From a virus, in IMG/VR virus record IMGVR_UViG_3300025093_000018, positions 1 to 64,000 of that record: 64,000 bases of DNA; one strand, written 5' to 3'. The translations under genes were made by a program, and so were the position numbers. Of the stretch, positions 21,627 to 32,890 are shown one piece after another; position 1 is the first letter of the stretch, and the number at the start of each line of letters is the position of its first letter. The notes beneath the pieces were generated by a model that saw only the letters and a program-made list of their open reading frames with translations, ran no database searches and had not been told where the DNA came from.

Positions 21627-22169
21627 TTATAATATATAAGTTGCTTTTACAGATAAATTAGCTAACGAATCTAATGAAGTTAAGGTTATATCATCAACTG
21701 CTGTTAATTCAATATTAATACCATCAGTTATATTTTCACCTGTAGCAGTGTAAACACTTACAGATATAATATCAGCTGCTCCGGGTACATTTACAACATA
21801 AGGAGTTGAAGCTACTAAAGATACAGATGTAACTATATGAGTACTGGCTACAACTGATAAACTAACAGTACCAGTCTCAACAAAGTTAAAATCACGTCCA
21901 CCATAAGATATACCATTAACTGTCAATCCAGCGGGGTAAGTAAATGATGATGGTAATTCACCTGTTGCAGACTCCTTCCATACATACTCCCTTTCTGTAG
22001 AAAGTACCCAAGCACGCATACCTTCATAATAACGATATGCATTAGAATCCCCGGCACCTAAATCTTGTAAGTCTGTAAGATCTGTAAATACAACCCTATC
22101 ATCTACAGGTGTTTGAGATCCTATACGAAGACCTTCTCCTTGAGCATTTTTATTAGTAATAGCTGACAT
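21627..22169 (-). CDS. Tail fibre-associated protein
   Basis: PVDDR...YEGMRAWV motif typical of fibre N-termini. Confidence 0.55.
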   Translation of the reverse strand: MSAITNKNAQGEGLRIGSQTPVDDRVVFTDLTDLQDLGAGDSNAYRYYEGMRAWVLSTEREYVWKESATGELPSSFTYPAGLTVNGISYGGRDFNFVETGTVSLSVVASTHIVTSVSLVASTPYVVNVPGAADIISVSVYTATGENITDGINIELTAVDDITLTSLDSLANLSVKATYIL

Positions 22170-22858
22170 TAAAAGATAAATTTATAATAGTAAGTAGCTG
22201 GTGCTATTGTATTTATACTGCAATATATTTTTCTATTGTTACCAGCATCTACAATAACATTAAATTGACTAGTAATATCTAGACCTGCTCCATCCTCAAT
22301 AGCCGTAACAGTACCATAAGAATCCGGTACAACAAACACTACCCTAGCTGTTACTGCAGCAACTAAACTAAATATATTAATAATAGTCGCTTTATCTGTC
22401 ACAGTTAAAGCAGCTTCTAAAGGCGCTGTTAAATCTCCAGGAACAGTAATATTATCTCCAGGACCTGATAATTGGCCGTACTTAAACGCAGCAGTAACCA
22501 CAACAGTTATAGACTCAATAAAACTTTGTGGATCTCCATTTGAATCTGTATAATATACAGTTAAATAGTAATTATATGTACCAGGTGAAGATGGTATACT
22601 ACCTCCGGTTAATGTTGTAGATGGTGTTAAATTAGTTCCTGTAGCTATAGGAGTTGGTGTTACACCTTCATTAATTGCCCAACTATCTACAGTACCATCA
22701 TTTTGTGTAATAGTTCCGGATAAAACGATACTACCAGGTAATGAAGTATCTACGTATGTATCTGGTGTAGCTGTAAATGTTGAGGTAGGCGGAGTGTACC
22801 CAGGTATTCCTGAGAACATATAATCTGCCATATTTTTAAATTGTTTTCCGCTTATCAT
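22169..22858 (-). CDS. Ig-like structural tail protein
   Basis: Thr/Ser-rich beta protein in tail cluster. Confidence 0.5.
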   Translation of the reverse strand: MISGKQFKNMADYMFSGIPGYTPPTSTFTATPDTYVDTSLPGSIVLSGTITQNDGTVDSWAINEGVTPTPIATGTNLTPSTTLTGGSIPSSPGTYNYYLTVYYTDSNGDPQSFIESITVVVTAAFKYGQLSGPGDNITVPGDLTAPLEAALTVTDKATIINIFSLVAAVTARVVFVVPDSYGTVTAIEDGAGLDITSQFNVIVDAGNNRKIYCSINTIAPATYYYKFIF

Positions 22859-22859
22859 G

Positions 22860-24341
22860 TTATTTCAATTTAGTTATTTCTAAATAACCAGCTAATGTAG
22901 TATTTAAAGAACTGGCAGCCCAAGAACTAGTAGTTGTTAATCCAAGGATAACGCCGTCACCAACCCCAGCTGTAGATCCAATAATTAGTAAAGCCTCTAC
23001 TTCATAAGAAGCTTGGTCAGAATCAGTCCACGCTGTTGTAGGACTAGCTACTGTTGCAATATCTTTTAAAACAGTAGTACCTGGAACACCTGCAGCTGCA
23101 GTAGTTAATCCATTTATACTGTAAAAATTAAATGTAAAATCATTATGTTTATCAGATACAACATTTATCTTTACCTTTACTTTATATGTACCTTCAGGTA
23201 ATGTGAACGATACTTTTTCCGTGGCTGGTCCGTCTGCATTCCACGCGGATACCAAAGCGTCCCCATTTGCAGTAGTTGTGTCAACTCTAGGGTTATAATT
23301 AGAACCTACAGCAGTTAAAGATGCATCTGCTGCAATATCGTATCTAACTATCTTAGAGTTATTTAACGGTTGATCTATTTGAATCCAGTTATTAAATACC
23401 GTAGGGTCTTTTTGGGGCGGTAATAGATAAGCACCTTGGTCAGTAGACCTTAAATCTACCCAATAATAATTATCGGCCGGTGTAGAGTAAAGACCTGGTA
23501 TCCATGTTGTAGGATCTATAGATTTAGGTCTAGTACCAGACCAAATTTCCCATGCCCATGGTAAAGCATATAATACATTTGGATCAGTTCCAGTCCACGC
23601 TAAATGTGTACCAAGATTAAAATTATCTACCTTTCCTTGTATAGCTTGGTTAAGTAAATTTCCTTGGTAAGCAGATAGTGGAGATGTTGTACTTGTAGAT
23701 GTAAGATTATTAATAACTCCTATAGCATCTAAGAAGTTAGTGATTAAATCCCCTTTCTTTATATACTGAACAGCATCCCACTGACACATTGCTGTACCAT
23801 GATTCTTAAATGTAACAGATTCATTACCGGTTACACGACCATTAATAGTCATATCAAACCCGTCTTCCATTACAATATCGTTTGACCCAGCAACATCATA
23901 ATCTTTATGTACAAAAGTTAATTGTTGTGCATCTGCTATATAAAATGTAACTTGCTCACCTGCAACTGCATTTGTAATGCTAGCAATAGTAGCGGATCCA
24001 CCACCAACTACAGTAACTACTACACTATGACATGTAGCAATAGCTGGAGACACTAATGATAAATCTAATACAGTAGTAGTAGGTGTTATATTAAGAGCTC
24101 CAGTCGTTTTAGATGTAGTTGTAGCTCCACCAATATTAACCCATGCTAGCACGCTAGGAGCTGATTCTTGGGCTTGGTAATTTAATTGTACATCCTGTAC
24201 ATAAATAATAGCCCCTTCTGGGATAAAATTAGCAGCGGCATTAGGATCTGGTAAACTAGCAACATTAGCCACAGGAGCTAACCTTGCATCTAAAGATTCT
24301 TTTATCTTAGGATTTAGATTATTATTAATTTCTGTTGCCAT
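22860..24341 (-). CDS. Tail fibre protein
   Basis: LDAR N-terminus; INNLTSTSTTSPLSAYQGNLL fibre repeat. Confidence 0.65.
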   Translation of the reverse strand: MATEINNNLNPKIKESLDARLAPVANVASLPDPNAAANFIPEGAIIYVQDVQLNYQAQESAPSVLAWVNIGGATTTSKTTGALNITPTTTVLDLSLVSPAIATCHSVVVTVVGGGSATIASITNAVAGEQVTFYIADAQQLTFVHKDYDVAGSNDIVMEDGFDMTINGRVTGNESVTFKNHGTAMCQWDAVQYIKKGDLITNFLDAIGVINNLTSTSTTSPLSAYQGNLLNQAIQGKVDNFNLGTHLAWTGTDPNVLYALPWAWEIWSGTRPKSIDPTTWIPGLYSTPADNYYWVDLRSTDQGAYLLPPQKDPTVFNNWIQIDQPLNNSKIVRYDIAADASLTAVGSNYNPRVDTTTANGDALVSAWNADGPATEKVSFTLPEGTYKVKVKINVVSDKHNDFTFNFYSINGLTTAAAGVPGTTVLKDIATVASPTTAWTDSDQASYEVEALLIIGSTAGVGDGVILGLTTTSSWAASSLNTTLAGYLEITKLK

Positions 24342-24346
24342 ATTAA

Positions 24347-25051
24347 TTATGTTGTTTTAATCGTAAATGTCTTCTTATGCGGTTCCGTAAATATAGTATC
24401 ATAATTTAATACCCAAAATTCATGAGATCCTACAGTGGTTTGAGTAAAATCTGATGCTGGAATCCATACTTTATTTGGTTCGATAGCCACCCCTTTAAAA
24501 TTGGCCCCTCCACTAGCTGTGGGTATAGCTACATATAATCTCTCTGGTACCCCATTTGTTGTAATTTCAAATGTATCTAATGAACTAGATATTTCAGATA
24601 GAGATGTACTATCTGGAGCTCCAACAGGAGCCGTCTTCATTCCATAATAAGTTGGTAGTACAGATGTAATGGTAAGTGAGGCATTTAAAGTTACCGGAGT
24701 AACACCATCAGTAATATCGACTGTAGATGTTACTACGAATGTAGACCCAACTGCTCCTAAAATAACACTGGTAGGTACACCAGATAACGGAGTAGCACTA
24801 CCTACTGTATTTGGTTCAGCTGTAGGATATGTAATAACATGAGAACTGGCTACAATACTATAACCAGTTGGCATGTTTACTATTGTAGAAGTAAATACTA
24901 CAGCACCATTATTATAATTTTCCGGTACTGTAATTTCACCTATAGATGATGAAAGTTCTAAGCGGGCTGTATTAAGACTTGCACCTTGCAGATCTTCTAG
25001 CCTTAGAATGATCTCAGAGATCGTTAAATCGTAAATATTATCTTTTGCCAT
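24347..25051 (-). CDS. Structural tail protein
   Basis: Beta-rich, resembles the 229-aa neighbour (YYG...LYVAIP versus KYG...VFVVP). Confidence 0.5.
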   Translation of the reverse strand: MAKDNIYDLTISEIILRLEDLQGASLNTARLELSSSIGEITVPENYNNGAVVFTSTIVNMPTGYSIVASSHVITYPTAEPNTVGSATPLSGVPTSVILGAVGSTFVVTSTVDITDGVTPVTLNASLTITSVLPTYYGMKTAPVGAPDSTSLSEISSSLDTFEITTNGVPERLYVAIPTASGGANFKGVAIEPNKVWIPASDFTQTTVGSHEFWVLNYDTIFTEPHKKTFTIKTT

Positions 25052-25057
25052 TGTTTA

Positions 25058-28000
25058 TTAGTTAAATGAGTAAACGAACTTAGAAATGATTGACTGTATC
25101 GTAACATAGTCGTTTCCTTCATATACAATTCTTATTTTTATTGCTTTATCTCTTACCCTTGATTTATCAGTACCCTTACCAACTTCAACATATAAGTGAT
25201 CTTCCCTATATTCCATATTTTGTTTGATGATCCCGAATTCTAATCTATTGATATTCAGACCAGTAAGTGGTGCTGTAACAGGAGCTCCAAACTCATCAGT
25301 TATGCCTACATAGTTTACTCCATTCAACGTAATAGCATTCCCAATGATATAAAAAATATTGTTATGTACAAAGTGGGATCCTACAATACGTTCGGCTTCT
25401 TCAGCACTAATTCCAAAGTCTATAAGTAAGTTTCCACCATTCATAAACTGAGTAGCAGTCCATGAAATATATTCATGTCTTTGTTTCATTAATTGCGTAT
25501 AAGATCCGTCAGTAACTGCGAATGTCTCATAATCAACATCAGAATCAATCTTATATGTAATTCTACCCGGGAAAGTTCTATTACATATAAAGTGTAAATT
25601 ATTTAATATCTTTTGAGCTGAAGAATTATCAACCAACACAAATTCAAATTCAAACTTATCTTGATTACCATAGAAATGACAATAAGGTACATTAGGTGAA
25701 AAATGCTCCCAAACCTTATCCATATTATCTACAGCATTAAATGAATATAAATCATTACTTATATTAAATGTAAACAGAGGATTCCAACTTAATCTAGATA
25801 CCCACTTACTTATAGTTTCATTAAAATATAAACTACCTAATTTATTAGTCTCTACTAATACAGGCTCATATATTTGAAGTTGTTCATTATATCCCGGTAT
25901 AGTGGTATAACCGCCAGGCAATATAACCTCCCCTTTACTATTAGGACTTAATGTATCTAAACCATCTACTGCGTCATCAGTTGCTGTTCCCGCAGAAGCA
26001 TCTGTGACAGGTGTGTCAGAAGCTGCTTTTGTTTTCTTAGCGGTTTCATACGCAGCAAAATCAGCAGCATTTACAGGACCACTTAAATCTATATCTGTAA
26101 ATTCATCGTCTACCGGCGGATCAACTGGAGTATCTCCTCCAACATCACCAACCTCTACAGGTACATCACCTATAGGATCTGGGTCATTAGGGGGAACTGC
26201 AACCATTTGATATAAATCTGTAGTATACTTACCATCTAATTGGTTTAAGAATGAGAATATAACATTATTTCTTTCCCTATCATAATTAGCTTTTACGAAA
26301 CTTGGTAATCTATTATTATCTAACCTGTCCTTGTACTCGTTTAATATTACTTGTACTGCAAAATCACTAATAAGCTCCATACTATGCTGCTCACCTTGGC
26401 TTACAATTCTCCATATTTTGGTTTTATTTAAATCACACCCATATATGTACTCATCTGTTTTAATAATACTAAATTGTTGATCACTACCATATTCAGTAGA
26501 AATTATTTTCATTTTCTGTGCTAAGATCTTAGCATCATCAATAAATACTCCGTCTCCTTCACCCCCAACCATAGTACGTTGGTTCATAGGAACAACTCCT
26601 GTACCCTTTTCAAAAATACAGAATAAGTGATTATTATGAGCAACTAATTTTGTAATCTCTCCTAATTGTTTATTATAATCTCTAAAATTAAGACCACTAA
26701 AGTCTGTGTAACCATTTTTAAAGTTACCAGCAACAGCTGACTCAGAAACCATTACACGGTTACCATAATTTATATTTAAAACAGGAGACCTATCATTAAG
26801 AGCTGTATAATTACGATCACTAAATGCATAATGGTACCCGTGGTTATAACCAGCACTTTCATTTTGTCTAGAACCTCTAATATCTTCAATAGTATCTATT
26901 GGAAAATAAGTTCTATTTTTACCATATAATACTTTTTCTTCCGGGCTAAAGAACTCAAATGTTCTCATAGATGTATTATAATTACTCTCACATACAATAG
27001 GGAATACAGTACCTCTATCATATAAACCTGGTTGTAATAGATATGCATATAAAGTAGGGTCTGTGGCTGAAGGTGTACCTTCAATACCTAAAGAGTAATT
27101 TAATCTTTTATAAGCATAATTTATAAAACAATCCCCATCATAAATATCTATATCTGCATTATTTATTACATCTTCCCAACTATATCTTTTAGAAATTGCA
27201 TAATAAGGTTCGACAACACCAGAATTATTATATTTATTTTTCCAGTCTGTTTGTGTTTGTGGACCTATTGGTGAACTATAGATGTTAGAAACAACACCAA
27301 GTCTGAATCCTTCATGCTGTACTTTATATGTCCAATCAGCTATATCTGTACCAGCTAATCCATATCCATTTTGTTGAAATGCTAAATAATTACGAACACT
27401 CTGATCATCATTTCTAAGTTCATTAGCTAGGTATATATCTGCTTTATCATTTTGTTCTATCTTAGATATTTTAACCCCAATATAATCTGCAAAACGAATT
27501 TGATCAGCTGCCCATATAATACCAGTATTTACACCGCTTAATGCTTGCTCACTATTAGGGTTACTAGAATAAGGTTGATCAATTAAATTATTATCTTGCG
27601 CATCTCTTGCAGTATAGAATAGGTTTCGATCACTTTTAGAGGCAAACTGCCCGTTACTGAAAGAATCTTGATTATCGGGTATATAATTAACTTTAATAGA
27701 TTCACCAGTATCTAGATCATCTAATGGTGTAGGATCAAATACAATATTCTCAATACGTATATCTTGAATAGGTGTATTATCTGTAGAAGATACAGTATGT
27801 AAATTATTATTAATTGTATTTTGCATACCAGTTAAAGTATATGTACCAGTAACTTCTACTGTTTCAGTATACGCTAGAGTAGGTGTATTACCCTCACTAT
27901 TACCATAATATTTATAATATCTATAGATAGGTAATTTTACTTGTATTGTAAATGTACCAGTTTGTCCGACAGACATTGTATTTAAAGGAACGGAGAAAAC

Positions 28001-30667
28001 AGCTGAGTTAACAACCCCAATTTCCCTATCATGTTGCGGTGATTGAGCAAATTGATTACCATATACAGATGGCTTCTTAGGTGATGAATCAAATACTTCT
28101 AAATACCTAAATGCAGTCCATGCACTAGTACCCGTGCTATATGTAGCATCTAACGCGTACCCACCAACAGTACCAGATCCTGGAACATAATTACCAGAAG
28201 AATCTATTTGTAAATCTATTTTTAAAAACCCGGTCTCTGTTCTAGTATGAGAGATATTTAGGAGATCAACATATGTATGTGTAACAGGTCCTATACTCCA
28301 TGCCCCATCTAAAGATCTAAACTCAGCATCTAAATTTAATGTTATATTACTATTAGGTGCTGTTTCAAAACCACCACCCCAAGGCCCTAATATAGTTAAA
28401 TCACCGTTTGCTGGCGGATTAGTACCACAAGTTAAATTACCTGTAGTAGCCGTTCCCGTAGTACATATATGTGAGTTAATAGTTTGGTTACTTGGTATTG
28501 GAAACTCACCCTGCCACTGTATTGGGTACCCAGTACCACCACCTGGAGTTGTAGTTACTTGTAAGTTCTCTACTACATCTTGACGACCTATAACTGTATT
28601 ACCATTAACACCATTTATAGCTAATCCTTTATTTGATCCATTAAATATAGACGACATATAAGGCTTATTAACTAAAGCATCAGGTGTATAGAATGCGTAA
28701 GACATTGGAACAGCTTTCCCATTATGAGAGTAATAAGTTGGATCTGGCCAAACTATACCTTGCATAGATAATGGATCACCTCTTTTTATACCAGGTACAT
28801 TATTATTAGTAACAATAGGTGTATCTTGATACATTATAATATTTTCCCATATTCTACCTGGGGAAGGCATAACTTTTACATTATCTTCAAAAGCAGGTTG
28901 ACCGTGATTATTTGAACCATATCTATCTTTACCAATGCCCCATCTACAATCTTGAACAGACTTGTATGTAGGTGTGGTTGGGCTTAACAGCGTAGGTATT
29001 TCTGCAGTGTTACACATGTAACCCTGAACTAAGGCGTCATTTTTTCTTTCTTTCCTAACAAAAAAGAATCCATCAGTCTCAGACTGAATAATAGAATTAT
29101 TAATTAATGATTGTACATTAACTCTAAGACCTTTTACCTCAGTAGTGTCGTAAGCTGCCCCCTTTAAAAGTACCTTACGTTTGTGAGTTCTGTAAACCCC
29201 AAGTCTATTTTCAGATGTGTTGCCAACAAAACCGTCAGCACTTGTTATTGGAGAGGTTCCTGTATAAGAGAAAGTCCCATCATAATTATCACCACCTCTT
29301 ATAGGTAATGCTGGTGTTAGACCTCGTCCATTATTTAAAATAAATATAATACCAACTTCATAAGTTTCTCCAGACCAATAACCTAAATTATAGTAAACGT
29401 TAGAAGGATCAGCATATCCTTCACCTTTCTCTTTTATAGTTATATCTTTAGTAATCTCCTCTATGTGTAATCCTTGGGCGGCATCACTAAATATATCAAA
29501 ATTATCTGTAGTATTTGTAATATTACCTAAAACAAGTCTATCATCATGCTGAGCGATTGTTTTTACGGTATCAATAGAAGAATAATCTATGTTAAGAGTA
29601 GCATATGATATTACATCTGTGACTTCAGTACCATATACAGTGATATTCATAGACCCACCAGTAGCTGGTAAATCATAAATATCTTGAATTTCATAAATTG
29701 TAGTTGTAGTATCGGTTTCTCCTACAGCATGAGAGTAATATACCTTTATACCACTAAATTTCTGGTCTAAGTTATTTAATGTAAAACTTATTGTTTTACC
29801 AGTATCTTCTTGATCAGTTGCTCCATGATCATCATAACCCATAGAAATTAAACGAGATTCTTCTATAATGTCTGTTAATCCGCCATCACTATCCGTGTAT
29901 TTAAAATAAAATCTATATCCGCCACCTTTAATAGCCCCACCATAACTAAGACCATTATAAGTTAAGTCGACTATAGTATCCGACTGTCTTAGTAATTTAG
30001 TAGCACCAAACCTCGCTTCAGCATAAGTATTTGTATCTTTATCTTGACGCCTATCAGCAATAGCAGCATTTTTCCCATCCTCACTCACTTTAAATCTACT
30101 GTTAATTAATCTAACAGGGTTATAATCATCAGTAAATATAATATTCACTGAATCATCGTATGATGGTTGTATCTCTACTTCTATTAATCTATCACTTAAA
30201 AAATTTAACTCTGGAGTTCTAAAAGGTTCATTATAGTTTACATCATCATCTAGTGGATGAGGTATAACTGGTGAATTATTTGGTATAGTAGAAAAATTCT
30301 TTAGTGGGGCATACTTATCCTTCATAGGTAAATAATAACTAGCATCTATACCATTATTTACCAGATTGTCCCAGTCTGGAGACGGGAAAGACCCTATTTC
30401 TCCTTCGATAAAATTTCCGTTAGAGTCAAATCTACCAGATACTATATAAGATATACCTTTAAATACTTCAACACCTAATGGCTGAAATCCCTCAGTAAGT
30501 TGAGTAACATGCTCATTACCATTCATATTTTGAAGGATAAGCTGGTTTTTCCCTTTAGTTGTAAGAGCCGCGTTAATAGCGTCAGTCATCACATTAGGTT
30601 TTGTATTAATCGGATGTGAATCTGTGTTAAGCTCTGTAAACTGATTAACTGACTGTTCTTGACTCAT
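25058..30667 (-). CDS. Tail stabilisation/muzzle protein (P22 gp10-like, crAss Tstab)
   Basis: 1869 aa; LNTDSHP...MTDAINA...LQN..GN, EIGSFPSP, LNF, N.IFTDD.NP.R.IN motifs; position after the ring genes. Confidence 0.75.
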   Translation of the reverse strand: MSQEQSVNQFTELNTDSHPINTKPNVMTDAINAALTTKGKNQLILQNMNGNEHVTQLTEGFQPLGVEVFKGISYIVSGRFDSNGNFIEGEIGSFPSPDWDNLVNNGIDASYYLPMKDKYAPLKNFSTIPNNSPVIPHPLDDDVNYNEPFRTPELNFLSDRLIEVEIQPSYDDSVNIIFTDDYNPVRLINSRFKVSEDGKNAAIADRRQDKDTNTYAEARFGATKLLRQSDTIVDLTYNGLSYGGAIKGGGYRFYFKYTDSDGGLTDIIEESRLISMGYDDHGATDQEDTGKTISFTLNNLDQKFSGIKVYYSHAVGETDTTTTIYEIQDIYDLPATGGSMNITVYGTEVTDVISYATLNIDYSSIDTVKTIAQHDDRLVLGNITNTTDNFDIFSDAAQGLHIEEITKDITIKEKGEGYADPSNVYYNLGYWSGETYEVGIIFILNNGRGLTPALPIRGGDNYDGTFSYTGTSPITSADGFVGNTSENRLGVYRTHKRKVLLKGAAYDTTEVKGLRVNVQSLINNSIIQSETDGFFFVRKERKNDALVQGYMCNTAEIPTLLSPTTPTYKSVQDCRWGIGKDRYGSNNHGQPAFEDNVKVMPSPGRIWENIIMYQDTPIVTNNNVPGIKRGDPLSMQGIVWPDPTYYSHNGKAVPMSYAFYTPDALVNKPYMSSIFNGSNKGLAINGVNGNTVIGRQDVVENLQVTTTPGGGTGYPIQWQGEFPIPSNQTINSHICTTGTATTGNLTCGTNPPANGDLTILGPWGGGFETAPNSNITLNLDAEFRSLDGAWSIGPVTHTYVDLLNISHTRTETGFLKIDLQIDSSGNYVPGSGTVGGYALDATYSTGTSAWTAFRYLEVFDSSPKKPSVYGNQFAQSPQHDREIGVVNSAVFSVPLNTMSVGQTGTFTIQVKLPIYRYYKYYGNSEGNTPTLAYTETVEVTGTYTLTGMQNTINNNLHTVSSTDNTPIQDIRIENIVFDPTPLDDLDTGESIKVNYIPDNQDSFSNGQFASKSDRNLFYTARDAQDNNLIDQPYSSNPNSEQALSGVNTGIIWAADQIRFADYIGVKISKIEQNDKADIYLANELRNDDQSVRNYLAFQQNGYGLAGTDIADWTYKVQHEGFRLGVVSNIYSSPIGPQTQTDWKNKYNNSGVVEPYYAISKRYSWEDVINNADIDIYDGDCFINYAYKRLNYSLGIEGTPSATDPTLYAYLLQPGLYDRGTVFPIVCESNYNTSMRTFEFFSPEEKVLYGKNRTYFPIDTIEDIRGSRQNESAGYNHGYHYAFSDRNYTALNDRSPVLNINYGNRVMVSESAVAGNFKNGYTDFSGLNFRDYNKQLGEITKLVAHNNHLFCIFEKGTGVVPMNQRTMVGGEGDGVFIDDAKILAQKMKIISTEYGSDQQFSIIKTDEYIYGCDLNKTKIWRIVSQGEQHSMELISDFAVQVILNEYKDRLDNNRLPSFVKANYDRERNNVIFSFLNQLDGKYTTDLYQMVAVPPNDPDPIGDVPVEVGDVGGDTPVDPPVDDEFTDIDLSGPVNAADFAAYETAKKTKAASDTPVTDASAGTATDDAVDGLDTLSPNSKGEVILPGGYTTIPGYNEQLQIYEPVLVETNKLGSLYFNETISKWVSRLSWNPLFTFNISNDLYSFNAVDNMDKVWEHFSPNVPYCHFYGNQDKFEFEFVLVDNSSAQKILNNLHFICNRTFPGRITYKIDSDVDYETFAVTDGSYTQLMKQRHEYISWTATQFMNGGNLLIDFGISAEEAERIVGSHFVHNNIFYIIGNAITLNGVNYVGITDEFGAPVTAPLTGLNINRLEFGIIKQNMEYREDHLYVEVGKGTDKSRVRDKAIKIRIVYEGNDYVTIQSIISKFVYSFN

Positions 30668-31418
30668 TTTGTTTCTTTTCTCTATTTAATCTTTTCTTCT
30701 TGACGGATCTCATTACTTTATCATGATTTTTACCTAGAGGTCTATAAAATCTGATCTCACCGTCTTTATCTATGATCCTAAGTTCTTCCCCTCTCCTTAA
30801 ATTGTAAGCCATTCTTCTGGATCCTATTCTTACAATCTTATTTATACTACTTTCTTTAATATAAGGAAATTGTTCGTAAATCTCCGGTAGAAAGTGATTA
30901 ATATTTTTTGGTCGCTTAGAGAAGTTTTTACCACTATTAGCTGTATCTACTAGATGTTTATAATATGGTTTATTAACATAAACTTCTAATTGCTGACGTC
31001 TAGAGTGTTTAGAAAATCTATACTTAACTCTAGGTATTTTATAATTAGTGGCTAAAAGATCGAATTCATGTAACTGACCTTTCTGCCTTCTATACTTAAC
31101 AACTGAATCTTTCATTTCAGCTGTATATATCTCAGCTTTACAATTACCTGGAAACATATATGAACAATTTCCAGATATTATATCCCAAAGAACACTTTTT
31201 ATATATAATCTAAAGATCTTCCTAACTAATGAAGAATTATCTTTAACATTATATAACTTTTGTAGTTTACCCTTAGGTGAGTTTGATTTAACTTCCAATA
31301 CTTCCTTAGCGAATTCTTTATCGTTAGGAAATATATCCTTAAGGGTAAGCATAAGACTTGCGTCAAATGCTGCTACCTTTATTAATTTTCCGTCCTCATT
31401 ATAAACATGAGTAGGCAT
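30645..31418 (-). CDS. Basic conserved protein of the crAss tail module (possibly IHF-like)
   Basis: 257 aa Lys/Arg-rich; synteny only. Confidence 0.4.
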   Translation of the reverse strand: MPTHVYNEDGKLIKVAAFDASLMLTLKDIFPNDKEFAKEVLEVKSNSPKGKLQKLYNVKDNSSLVRKIFRLYIKSVLWDIISGNCSYMFPGNCKAEIYTAEMKDSVVKYRRQKGQLHEFDLLATNYKIPRVKYRFSKHSRRQQLEVYVNKPYYKHLVDTANSGKNFSKRPKNINHFLPEIYEQFPYIKESSINKIVRIGSRRMAYNLRRGEELRIIDKDGEIRFYRPLGKNHDKVMRSVKKKRLNREKKQNESRTVS

Positions 31419-32185
31419 TATTCTAAAGTTTTATAACTACTATAAAATACTTTTCTATCTGATCTAGTTTTTGCAGAAAGTAGTCTGTCTAAGAAGTTTT
31501 GAGATAAATATTCAGGAATTTTAGCTGCAGCGGCCATACGCTCAGCTTCTGGTTTAATATATGGTAGGAATTTAGTAGATTGATCATCCCCCATAAAAGC
31601 TTTCTTTTGTGTTACTAAGAAGGCCATCTTATAAGCAATGGCTTCAACTTCTTTCCTAGTTAACAACGGGTTTTGATCGGAATCCATTAAAATACCCCTA
31701 TAAATAACGGTAACCATATTACCAACAAACTTCTTATCAAATCTAAGTTTCTTACAAGTACCAGATGCATCAATTTCATATGGAACAAAATCACCCTTTG
31801 GATGAAGGTCTGATCTAGATAAATTATGTCTTTTAAAAGACGGATCACTAACCACATCAGGTAAAAATGAATAACTAGCTGTTATAGTTATAGTTGTAGG
31901 GTCTCCATATAGAATTACTAGATCATCATCACTAAAATCTGCTGTTGACCCCTCTGATACAGCCTCTATATATTCGAAATTACAAGGAAGGTCTACAAAA
32001 CCATCTTGATCTATATTAGCCGTAAACCCATGTACAGCTGTAGCAACATTTCCTAGGTCGCGAAATATAAAGTAAGAATCTTCAACGAAATCATCATCAG
32101 TCATAGATATTCCAAATAATGCTTTCATTCTATGCTTACTAGTCAAGTATTCATATAAACGCTCTTGAGCTTCTTCTTGTGCCAT
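31418..32185 (-). CDS. Tail ring/tubular protein
   Basis: VDLPCN...IEAV...VIYRGIL.D...PLL; synteny with crAss ring genes. Confidence 0.6.
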   Translation of the reverse strand: MAQEEAQERLYEYLTSKHRMKALFGISMTDDDFVEDSYFIFRDLGNVATAVHGFTANIDQDGFVDLPCNFEYIEAVSEGSTADFSDDDLVILYGDPTTITITASYSFLPDVVSDPSFKRHNLSRSDLHPKGDFVPYEIDASGTCKKLRFDKKFVGNMVTVIYRGILMDSDQNPLLTRKEVEAIAYKMAFLVTQKKAFMGDDQSTKFLPYIKPEAERMAAAAKIPEYLSQNFLDRLLSAKTRSDRKVFYSSYKTLE

Positions 32186-32192
32186 AAATTAA

Positions 32193-32888
32193 TTAAGTTA
32201 CTGGGTCAGACTGAGTATTAGGTAAAGGAGGCAGATTCATCTGTCTATAGTATCTAACATATTTCTCAGTCAAAGTATCAATTATAGCTTGTTGAACGTG
32301 TCCTGGTGCTGGATATTCCTTATCACCAAAATCAGGACTATCATCCCCAATTCTTGATGGGTGTTCAAAAATAGCTCTTATTGACATATATTTTAAACCA
32401 ACATGTTGACCAGCATTCATTAGATAAGCTGTCATCATGCCATTTTTATCTTGTGTTGTATCAATCCAAATAAACGGTCTTTTAGACGTTCTAACGCGAT
32501 ATTTATGGTTTTGCATACTATCGGTATCAAAATACACAATAAAGTCTTCCTGCTTATTCATAAGACCAAAATATTCTACAGCACTATCATCGAATGTAGC
32601 TGCTACAGGTGGTATTTTAACAGCTGGTACTCCATCCCCGGAAGAAAACCCACATGGAGCATTCTGTGATAAGTCGTGACAGGTTACGTGTAAAGCATCT
32701 ATAGTTTGGTATAAATATTTAGGATTAAGCTTTCTTCCGGAGTCTGCATATTTTTGTATATAAGCAGCTCTTTCTAAATCAACTTCCTCCTCAATTTGTT
32801 TAACTGAGTAAGCTTGGTTAGAAATATTTCCAGATAAACCATCTGAAACTCTATTACGTATTGCTGATGTTATCTCGTTTAGAGTCAT
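32193..32888 (-). CDS. Tail ring protein
   Basis: MTLNEITSAI..., SIRAIFEHP, YPAP, YYRQ...PNTQ; crAss ring-like. Confidence 0.6.
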   Translation of the reverse strand: MTLNEITSAIRNRVSDGLSGNISNQAYSVKQIEEEVDLERAAYIQKYADSGRKLNPKYLYQTIDALHVTCHDLSQNAPCGFSSGDGVPAVKIPPVAATFDDSAVEYFGLMNKQEDFIVYFDTDSMQNHKYRVRTSKRPFIWIDTTQDKNGMMTAYLMNAGQHVGLKYMSIRAIFEHPSRIGDDSPDFGDKEYPAPGHVQQAIIDTLTEKYVRYYRQMNLPPLPNTQSDPVT

Positions 32889-32890
32889 AC

